Of a stretch of DNA of 23,921 bases, positions 17,135 through 23,921 are shown piece by piece. How positions within the stretch are numbered: position 1 is the first letter of the stretch; each line of letters begins with the position of its first letter. A program made the translations under genes and the position numbers. The notes under the pieces are model-generated. The model ran no database searches, was not told the origin of the DNA, and worked only from the letters and a program-made list of their open reading frames with translations. Origin of the DNA: Alteromonas naphthalenivorans (lineage in GTDB: Bacteria; Babelota; Babeliae; Babelales; CAIQNR01); contig JBLICC010000007.1 of the NCBI GenBank assembly GCA_047631715.1, forward strand, positions 1 to 23,921. The letters run 5' to 3'.

Positions 17135-18456
17135 TGTACTTCCTTGGCAAGAGTTTTTGCTAACTCCTGAGATAATAAAGCACCTACTGCTTGAGCCTGT
17201 GCTTCTGTTTTGTCTTCTATCATAACGCGTAAAAGTGGCTCTGTACCCGAATAACGGACGACTAATCTTCCATCAAGTAACTGGTTTTTATGTTTATTGA
17301 TAATATTTGCATAGGGATTCAGTGATAAATCTTTTTTGAGTTTTATGGGTACATTAATAAGTACCTGTGGATATTTTGTAAATGTTTTAACATCCCATGT
17401 TTTTTTATGTATTAGTGTTTCTACTATTCTAAGCATTGTAAAAAGCCCATTAGAGGTATCGGAAAAATCTCGTAAAATAATATGTCCTGATGGTTCTCCA
17501 CCTACTAAACAATCATGTTCTTGCATATATTTGACTACGTTTTTGTCACCTACCGCAGTGCGCGCTAATATTCTATTTTGTATTTTAAGATGTGTTTCAA
17601 GTGCTTGATTTGCCATTATTGTACTTACTACTTGAGTTTGATTTTCATAGACAGGGTTATGTAGCAAAAGCGCAAGAATCTGGTCACCATCAAAAACAGT
17701 ACCATTTTTATCTACACCAATAATGCGATCTCCATCACCATCAAAAGCAAAGCCAATATCGGCATTATTGTTTATAACTTCCTGTTGTAGTTTTTCAGGA
17801 TATTGGGATCCACAATTAAGATTAATGTTTTTACCGGTTGGCTTATTGGATAGTGTAATAACTTTTGCGCCCAGAGACTTTAAAATAAGCGGAGCAATAT
17901 TCGAAAATGCTCCATTGGCACAGTCGATTACAAGAGTACTTTTATGTAGAAAATTTTTGGTAAACATAGAAAATAGTTTTTTTTCATAAAAACGAGCAAC
18001 AGTATTTTTATCTTGAAACTCTGTACCAAGATGTTCGTAAGAAATTAAAGGCTTTGTTGTATAAAATAATCGAGAAATTTCCTGTTCTTGCTCAATGGTT
18101 GTTTTGCCCTGTTGAGTAAATATTTTAAGACCATTATCGTGATACTGATTATGTGAAGCAGTAATCATAATACCTACATCACAAGATCCTCCTATTACGG
18201 CATCAAAGAGTAGAGGAGTTGGCAAAACAAATGCGTCAGTTACCTGTATATTGTGTTGTAATAAACCCGTTTTGAGTGCCGATTTAATTAAAGAGCAAGA
18301 AATACGTGTATCATTTGCAAAAGCAACGTGTTGTTTTTTATTTTGTACCATCCAATGGCCGAGTGCGTTTCCCAGTTGGATAAGACTTTTTGGGGTAAGA
18401 GGTTCTTCTCCTACTCTTGTTCTAATGCCATCGGTTCCAAACAGTGTTGCCTGCAT
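17131..18456 (-). CDS. glmM: Phosphoglucosamine mutase
   Basis: LFGTDGIR, catalytic ITASHN, metal-binding FDGDGDR, GGEPSGH and RYSGTEPLLRVM. Confidence 0.95.
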   Translation of the reverse strand: MQATLFGTDGIRTRVGEEPLTPKSLIQLGNALGHWMVQNKKQHVAFANDTRISCSLIKSALKTGLLQHNIQVTDAFVLPTPLLFDAVIGGSCDVGIMITASHNQYHDNGLKIFTQQGKTTIEQEQEISRLFYTTKPLISYEHLGTEFQDKNTVARFYEKKLFSMFTKNFLHKSTLVIDCANGAFSNIAPLILKSLGAKVITLSNKPTGKNINLNCGSQYPEKLQQEVINNNADIGFAFDGDGDRIIGVDKNGTVFDGDQILALLLHNPVYENQTQVVSTIMANQALETHLKIQNRILARTAVGDKNVVKYMQEHDCLVGGEPSGHIILRDFSDTSNGLFTMLRIVETLIHKKTWDVKTFTKYPQVLINVPIKLKKDLSLNPYANIINKHKNQLLDGRLVVRYSGTEPLLRVMIEDKTEAQAQAVGALLSQELAKTLAKEVQ

Positions 18457-18468
18457 TATGCTCCTAAC

Positions 18469-18837
18469 TTATGTTTTTGTAACGGTAATTTCTATGGGTA
18501 GATAGTGTAGCAAGAGTATGGAGTCTGGTAAAAATAAATTTTTGTGAGTTGCTTTAAGTGTATGTGTGCCTTCTGAAAATTGTGTTGCGTCATAATGAAT
18601 TGCAAGATTAGCTATTGTTTTATATAAATCTTTACGAGTTCCTCTTAGTCGAATAGGCATTGTTTCTGGAGCTTGTATAGAAAGATGTTCTGTATTGTAG
18701 AAAGAAAGTGGTGCTTGAAACACAGTTTCTAAAGTATAGGGTTGGCTGACTGCTTGCCAGAGTGCATAACCTAACAGAAGAGATATTATACTAAGAGAGA
18801 GATTGTTCAGAAGAAGATGTTTTTTGGATATGAGCAT
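18469..18837 (-). CDS. Short CdaR/YbbR-like membrane-anchored protein
   Basis: ISLLLGYALW TM helix, then PL...N...P....IRLRG pattern of a YbbR repeat; between the cdaA-like gene and glmM; AAGGA RBS. Confidence 0.7.
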   Translation of the reverse strand: MLISKKHLLLNNLSLSIISLLLGYALWQAVSQPYTLETVFQAPLSFYNTEHLSIQAPETMPIRLRGTRKDLYKTIANLAIHYDATQFSEGTHTLKATHKNLFLPDSILLLHYLPIEITVTKT

Positions 18838-19627
18838 AATCGTTTCCTTTGTCTTGAGCGGTTAAACCAAGATATTTCTTTATCATACGTAATGCTGCGT
18901 GAGCAGAAGCGTGTTGAAGAATTTTTCCTTGAGCTACAAGTGTAAAAGTACGAGATTTTGGGTGTAACTTAAAAAAGATGGCATCGGTTTTGGAAGTAAA
19001 AAAAAGTGCATCTTGTAACCATTGTTCTTGTTCTTTAACTTCTTGTGCTAACCATTCATCTACTGAGCTTTTTTTCCACTGACTATTAATAGCGCGTAAT
19101 TTTCCGCTATTAGAAACCCATAGCATTTCATCAGCACAAAATGCTGAACTACCAATAAGAACTTGAAACAACCCCTCAGAAAGTACGCAATCAAAAGGAT
19201 AGTCTGAAGAAAGTAAGGTATCAAGAGCTTGTGTTTTTTCGATAAGTACAGTGACTGGTTTATTTTCTCCAAGAGCTACGAGCGATGAACGCATGAGCAA
19301 GTCTACCCAATTAGAAGTAGTTTTTTTTGGAGCAATTGCATGGAGAGCAATAAAGTTTTTTTGTAGAGTAGATTGATGCAGCATAAGACAGACTGCAATA
19401 GTAATAGGTGCAAAAGTAAGAAGTGCTGTACTGAGTGTAAGTAATTGAAAATAATAGGTTGCTAGAAAAAAGGTGCAATAACCATAAAAAATACCAAGCA
19501 AAGGAGTAGAAGTATCTTTTCTAAGCCAAGTGGAGAGATAAAACACACCACCAGAAAAAGCTAATACTTCTACAGCATCTTGCCATCGAAAGATATATAA
19601 TTGCCACCAGAAAGGCGAATTAAACAT
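18791..19627 (-). CDS. CdaA/DacA-like membrane protein with degenerate diadenylate-cyclase (DisA_N) domain
   Basis: Three N-terminal hydrophobic segments ending LHQSTLQKNF (cf. IFQPELRR); DAC scaffold residues VLIEK, FDCVLSEGLF and TDAI; cdaR-glmM synteny; AAGGAG RBS; catalytic motifs altered. Confidence 0.8.
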   Translation of the reverse strand: MFNSPFWWQLYIFRWQDAVEVLAFSGGVFYLSTWLRKDTSTPLLGIFYGYCTFFLATYYFQLLTLSTALLTFAPITIAVCLMLHQSTLQKNFIALHAIAPKKTTSNWVDLLMRSSLVALGENKPVTVLIEKTQALDTLLSSDYPFDCVLSEGLFQVLIGSSAFCADEMLWVSNSGKLRAINSQWKKSSVDEWLAQEVKEQEQWLQDALFFTSKTDAIFFKLHPKSRTFTLVAQGKILQHASAHAALRMIKKYLGLTAQDKGNDYAHIQKTSSSEQSLS

Positions 19628-19648
19628 ACAGTTTCTCCTTTTTTAAAA

Positions 19649-19697
19649 CCATACAATGTATGGATCAAGGATAACGTAGTTTCGCCTTATGGAGCAA
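19649..19697 (-). promoter_or_regulatory. Candidate promoter and palindromic site upstream of the cdaA-like gene
   Basis: Minus strand TTGCTC (19697-19692)-N18-TATCCT (19673-19668); perfect 7-1-7 palindrome CCATACA-A-TGTATGG at 19649-19663. Confidence 0.35.
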
Positions 19698-19711
19698 TAA
19701 TTAGAAATTAA

Positions 19712-21322
19712 TTATGCAGAACGACGTCTTTTAGGGAAACCAGAGCGTTCACCACGTTTTTTATCTTCGCCGCCACCACGACCAAAACGACTTCCGCGTC
19801 TTTCTCCAGAGCCAGATTCTCTACGGTCTCCAGAACCAGAATCTCTACGGTCACTAGAACCAGAACTTCTACGATCATTTGAACGACCGCCACTTCTTCC
19901 TCTTCCAGAACCAGAACCAGAACCTGAACGTGATCGAGAGTAGTTTCCTCTGCCACCACCATCATCATCTCTGCGAGGTCTTTCTTCTTCTATAGTATAA
20001 CGTTTAGGATCAAGCTTGTTCTTGAATGTACGTTTTAAAAGAAGAGCGATAATAGATTCTGCATCTTTGTTTTTTAGTAAGTCTTGAGCAATACCAACAT
20101 AATATTCTTGAGGTTTTTTTTCTAAACTTACTTGAATTTCTGCAAGCATTGAATCTTTTTTATGAGCAATGATAGCTTCAGGAGTAGGTAATTCTTTTCG
20201 TGTAATGATACCTTTTGTTTTACGCTCAATCTGTTGTAATTTTCTGCGATCTCCGCCTGAAGCGAATGAGATTGCTGTTCCTGTTTTACCAGCACGTCCT
20301 GTTCGTCCAATTCTATGAACATAAGCTTCTGGTTCTTCTGGTAATGCATAGTTAACAACATGAGAAACATCTTGTACATCAATACCACGAGCAGCAACAT
20401 CAGTTGCAACAAGAATACTAATTTGGCGTTTCTTGAATCTATCTAAGATTTTTTCTCGAGCACTTTGAGACATATCTCCATTAAGTGCATCTGAATGGTA
20501 ACCAAATTCAGAAAGCTTACGAGCAACAGTTTCTGTATCTCGTTTGGTACGACAGAAAACAAGACCATAAAATGGTTCTTCATGATCAACAATTCTACAC
20601 AAAGCATTAAAGCGTTGGCGTGGAGAAACTTCGTAGTATACTTGTTCAACTGTACTACAAGTCATTTGAGATTCTGCAACTTTTAATAGATCGTAATCAC
20701 CCATATGTTTTTGAGCAATTTTTAGAATTCCAGGAGCCATAGTAGCAGAGAAAAGTACTACACGCTTAGTTTTAGGAGTATATTCTAAAATTGATTTAAC
20801 ATCTTGTGCAAATCCCATGTTAAGCATTTCGTCTGCTTCATCAAGAATTACGTGTGAGATATCATTAAGTTTAAGAGTTTTTCGTTCGATGTGATCCATA
20901 ACACGACCAGGTGTTCCAACTACGATATCAACTTGCTTACGCAAACGTTGTAATTGTACTACGATTGATTGTCCACCATAAACAGGGAGGATGTTAAGTT
21001 TTTTAGAACCTGTAAGAGATTCAATTTCTTCTGCAATTTGGATCGCTAGTTCTCGTGTAGGGGCTAAAATAAGCGCTTGTACACCAGAAGCTGTTGTTGA
21101 AAGTTTATCAATTAGTGGCAAACCAAAAGCTGCTGTTTTACCAGTTCCTGTTTGTGCTTGACCAATAATATCTTTTTTATCTTCAAGCAAGGTTGGAATA
21201 GTAAGTGCTTGAATGGGAGTAGGATATTCAAATCCTTTTTTCTTAATAGCAGCAAGAGTTGATTCCGAAAGACCTAATTGATCAAACGTTTTTTTTGAAT
21301 CATCGCATTTTTTATCTGACAT
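19712..21322 (-). CDS. DEAD-box RNA helicase (DeaD/CshA-like)
   Basis: Q motif PTPIQ, AQTGTGKT, PTRELA, DEAD, SAT, ARGID, HRIGRTGR; R/S/G-rich tail. Confidence 0.96.
   Translation of the reverse strand: MSDKKCDDSKKTFDQLGLSESTLAAIKKKGFEYPTPIQALTIPTLLEDKKDIIGQAQTGTGKTAAFGLPLIDKLSTTASGVQALILAPTRELAIQIAEEIESLTGSKKLNILPVYGGQSIVVQLQRLRKQVDIVVGTPGRVMDHIERKTLKLNDISHVILDEADEMLNMGFAQDVKSILEYTPKTKRVVLFSATMAPGILKIAQKHMGDYDLLKVAESQMTCSTVEQVYYEVSPRQRFNALCRIVDHEEPFYGLVFCRTKRDTETVARKLSEFGYHSDALNGDMSQSAREKILDRFKKRQISILVATDVAARGIDVQDVSHVVNYALPEEPEAYVHRIGRTGRAGKTGTAISFASGGDRRKLQQIERKTKGIITRKELPTPEAIIAHKKDSMLAEIQVSLEKKPQEYYVGIAQDLLKNKDAESIIALLLKRTFKNKLDPKRYTIEEERPRRDDDGGGRGNYSRSRSGSGSGSGRGRSGGRSNDRRSSGSSDRRDSGSGDRRESGSGERRGSRFGRGGGEDKKRGERSGFPKRRRSA
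19803..19874. repeat. Three 24-nt in-frame tandem repeats in the helicase tail
   Basis: tctccagagccagattctctacgg / tctccagaaccagaatctctacgg / tcactagaaccagaacttctacga, encoding RRSSGSSD-RRDSGSGD-RRESGSGE. A (ccagaa)3 run is also present at 19905-19922. Confidence 0.9.
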
Positions 21323-21473
21323 GCAGTTCCTAACAATATAATATTTTTACGTAATAACAAGACACTCATATTGAGTAGCAAGCGAGTCCCGAACACATAT
21401 TTTCATAATGAAAAATATGTTGTAAAAAGAGTATATTTTAGGACCGACTCCATTCTCAAGTAATATGTCTATA

Positions 21474-21502
21474 AGAATAGACTATAGGGCAAAAATAGTC
21501 AA
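21474..21502 (-). promoter_or_regulatory. Sigma70-type promoter of the DEAD-box helicase
   Basis: Minus strand TTGACT (21502-21497)-N17-TATTCT (21479-21474); implies a 5' UTR of about 145 nt. Confidence 0.65.
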
Positions 21503-21547
21503 TGGGTAGGCACTTTTTGACCTATAGTAAGTTTATATGAATAATTA

Positions 21548-21556
21548 TGTTATACT
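21548..21556 (+). promoter_or_regulatory. Candidate extended -10 promoter of trpS
   Basis: TG-T-TATACT, 35 nt before the proposed trpS start. Confidence 0.4.
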
Positions 21557-21591
21557 GTTTTGAGCTTAAATCTATAAAAAGAGGCTGTGAT

Positions 21592-22593
21592 ATGGATAAA
21601 AAAGATATTATTTTAACGGGTGATCGCCCCACGGGAAAGTTGCATTTAGGTCATTTTGTGGGGTCTTTACTTAATCGAGTTAAGCTCCAGGGCTCTTGTA
21701 CTCAATATGTAATGATTGCTGATATTCAGGCTTTGACCGATAATTTTGAGCATCCTGAAAAAATCAGAGAAAATGTATTTGAGGTTATGTGTGATTATCT
21801 TGCAGTAGGAATCGATCCGACTAAGACAACTTTTTTACTCCAATCAATGTTGCCAGCACTTCCTGAGCTTACACAGTATTATATGAATCTAGTTACGGTA
21901 GCTCGTCTTGAGCGTAATCCAACGGTTAAGGCAGAAATTAAGCAGAAGAATATGGAAAAAAGCTTACCAGTCGGGTTTTTTACCTATCCTATTAGTCAGG
22001 TTGCAGATATTACGGCTTTTAAAGCGAACCTGGTGCCTGTAGGAGAAGATCAGTTACCTATGATTGAACAAACCAATGAAGTAGTTCGTTCTTTTAATAG
22101 AATTTATAAGCAAGATGTTTTGGTTGAGGCAAAAGCTTTGGTTCCTAAAGTTGCGCGTTTATCTGGACTTGATGGACAGGCAAAAATGTCGAAATCGTTA
22201 AATAACGGTATTTACTTGGGTTGCTCTATGGATGAGCTTTCTAAAAAAGTAAAAAGTATGTACACCGACTCTAATCATATTCGGGTGGAAGATCCTGGAA
22301 AAGTAGAGGGGAACACGGTGTTTGAGTATCTTGATGCCTTTGATACTAATAAAGAAAAAGTTGCTGAATTAAAAGCGCAGTACCAAAAGGGTGGTCTTGG
22401 TGACATGGTAGTAAAAAATTACTTGTTAGAAGTGTTGAACGGTATTCTTGCACCAATAAGAGAACGCCGAAAAATGTTTGAGCAAGACCGATCCGGAGTT
22501 ATGAATATTTTACTTGCAGGGACAAAAGTTGCACATGAAACAACGCAAAAAACTCTTGTAGAAGTAAAAGAAGCTATGTTCTTGAACTACTAA
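21592..22593 (+). CDS. trpS: Tryptophan--tRNA ligase
   Basis: [13 protein letters not shown] (HIGH), VPVGEDQ and KMSKS motifs. Start reassigned from 21547 to ATG 21592, which has a GAGG RBS and the expected N-terminus. Confidence 0.97.
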   Translation: MDKKDIILTGDRPTGKLHLGHFVGSLLNRVKLQGSCTQYVMIADIQALTDNFEHPEKIRENVFEVMCDYLAVGIDPTKTTFLLQSMLPALPELTQYYMNLVTVARLERNPTVKAEIKQKNMEKSLPVGFFTYPISQVADITAFKANLVPVGEDQLPMIEQTNEVVRSFNRIYKQDVLVEAKALVPKVARLSGLDGQAKMSKSLNNGIYLGCSMDELSKKVKSMYTDSNHIRVEDPGKVEGNTVFEYLDAFDTNKEKVAELKAQYQKGGLGDMVVKNYLLEVLNGILAPIRERRKMFEQDRSGVMNILLAGTKVAHETTQKTLVEVKEAMFLNY

Positions 22594-22682
22594 TATAAAA
22601 AAACTCTAGAAATCTTCTTCTTTATTTTGCTAGCCTAAGCACTTATAGAATAAACGTAAGGGTTAGGAAGAAGGGGATTACG

Positions 22683-22865
22683 ATGAACAAAATACCATGT
22701 CGCAGCAACAACAAATTGATTTGCATGCTGCATAATTATTTTCCAGTATTTGCAACCATTTGTTTGAGTTTATTATTTTCGATATGCGTAATCCATTATG
22801 CTTTCGGGCTCTATACACCCCATGCTACAAAAGTATTATATTTTGGTTTTATGGATCAAGATTAA
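22683..22865 (+). CDS. Putative small single-pass membrane protein (60 aa)
   Basis: AAGGGG RBS like that of ORF 14877; hydrophobic VFATICLSLLFSICVIHYAFGLY; fills the intergenic gap and stops 2 nt from the convergent helicase stop. Confidence 0.5.
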   Translation: MNKIPCRSNNKLICMLHNYFPVFATICLSLLFSICVIHYAFGLYTPHATKVLYFGFMDQD

Positions 22866-22867
22866 TA

Positions 22868-23920
22868 TTAAATAGTATCTAAAAATGACGCTTCTACTTT
22901 TCTAAGACCACCTTTAAAATGCGCAGTCACAAACGTTTTTGATTGTTTACGTTCCACGTCTTTAACAATCCCAACACCAAATGTTTTGTGTTTAATGGTC
23001 TGATGTTTTTTAAATTTGCCTTTAGATGCAGTCGGTTGTTTCATTACTTGAGTTGACTGTAATGGTCTTGGAGTAGGTTCTTTTCGTGGAGAAAATGTAA
23101 ATACTTCTGAGTTTGATTGTCGCAATCCTACCCATTGAGTAAAGAAATTATTTACTTCGTACTGTTGCCATTGTTGTGCTTGTGCAGATTTGCATGATGA
23201 TGTAGGAATCTCGTCTAAGAAGCGCGATGGAATCTGTTGCTCCATTTGTCCATAGGTTTGACGGTAACGCGAATGTGTAAGAAGTAATCTATTCTTTGCA
23301 CGTGTAATGCCTACATAAAACAAGCGTCGCTCTTCTTCGAGTTGCTCCTGTGTAACAAGAGATCGGCTTGAAGGAAATAAATTTTCTTCGAGTCCAGCAA
23401 TAATAACATTATTAAATTCTAAACCTTTTGCTGCATGAATAGTCATGAGCATAATGCCTTCTTCTTTTATTTGTTCAAGATCGGCTTTTTCTTGTAGAAG
23501 GGTTACTTCATCAAGAAATGCAGATACGGTTGCTTTACCTTGACTTGCAAAAAAGTGAGCAGCATTTAAAAGTTCTTTAATGTTTTCTTGTCGTTCGGTT
23601 GATTCATTTTTATCATAGCTCTTTTTTAAATGTGCTAAATAGCCACTTTTAGAAATAACATCGGCTAATGTTTGAGCAGCTGATGATTGAGGTGTTAAAT
23701 TTCGATAGACACTTAAAAAGCTTTGTAAACTTTCTGTTTTTGATGGAGGAAAGATCTTATCTTTAACAAGTTTTTCTCCAACTTGGGTCATATTTAATAG
23801 AGGTTCTGCATCCCATGCGGTCAAAAATTGTTCTTGAAACACATCGCCTAGTCCACGAGAAGGGCAATTTACAATTCTAGAAAAAGCTACTCGATCAAAT
23901 GGATTTACAATTAATCTAAG
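22868..23920 (-). CDS. uvrD: UvrD/PcrA-family DNA helicase, C-terminal part (5' end outside the window)
   Basis: Frame is open to the window edge (LRLIVNPFDRVAFSRIVNCPSRGLG); MTIHAAKGLEF, EEERRLFYVGITRA, PSRFLDEI; C-terminal HKTFGVG Tudor-like domain. Confidence 0.95.
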   Translation of the reverse strand, partial: LRLIVNPFDRVAFSRIVNCPSRGLGDVFQEQFLTAWDAEPLLNMTQVGEKLVKDKIFPPSKTESLQSFLSVYRNLTPQSSAAQTLADVISKSGYLAHLKKSYDKNESTERQENIKELLNAAHFFASQGKATVSAFLDEVTLLQEKADLEQIKEEGIMLMTIHAAKGLEFNNVIIAGLEENLFPSSRSLVTQEQLEEERRLFYVGITRAKNRLLLTHSRYRQTYGQMEQQIPSRFLDEIPTSSCKSAQAQQWQQYEVNNFFTQWVGLRQSNSEVFTFSPRKEPTPRPLQSTQVMKQPTASKGKFKKHQTIKHKTFGVGIVKDVERKQSKTFVTAHFKGGLRKVEASFLDTI

Positions 23921-23921
23921 G

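Noticed and set aside
19708..19968. 86-aa Val-rich ORF; 24-nt repeats as a possible CRISPR
   Set aside because: The ORF is an alternate frame of the helicase repeat tail. The repeats are contiguous, in-frame and lack spacers or cas genes.
17336..20686. Overlapping ORFs within glmM, the cdaA-like gene and the helicase
   Set aside because: Shadow frames without independent support.
21505..21513. 9-nt inverted match (GTGCCTACC) to the tRNA-Val 3' end as a possible att site
   Set aside because: Too short, inverted rather than direct, no integrase present, and the intervening genes are core.
21547..21591. Longer trpS N-terminus, or a T-box/attenuator leader
   Set aside because: No RBS at 21547, no T-box consensus, no Trp codons in a leader peptide and no terminator hairpin.

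Overview
AT-rich bacterial chromosomal window, mostly housekeeping genes. + strand: rplK (5'-truncated)-rplA-rplJ-rplL-rpoB-rpoC-tRNA-Val(GAC)-rpsO-pnp-rph-holA-like, then four small orphan proteins with signal peptides, split into two pairs by an intrinsic terminator. - strand: DEAD-box helicase, then a cdaA-like/cdaR-like/glmM/DUF502 operon. trpS is divergent from the helicase and is followed by a 60-aa membrane ORF and a convergent, truncated UvrD/PcrA. The low GC, divergent core proteins, RpoB Cys insert and secreted orphans suggest a host-dependent lineage such as Candidatus Dependentiae/Babelota (TM6); this is inference. Most notable: (1) an intact CdaA-like protein in the canonical cdaA-cdaR-glmM operon that has lost its DGA and RHR catalytic motifs; (2) candidate secreted effectors, including a tandem paralog pair, one with a PP1-docking-like KKVSF motif; (3) L11 lacking its proline-rich thiostrepton/RelA motif; (4) an RpoB Zn-ribbon-like insert and natural substitutions at RNAP inhibitor sites; (5) two structured RNA leaders. 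No CRISPR, mobile element, rRNA or intein was seen. All alignments were done by eye and E. coli numbering is from memory.
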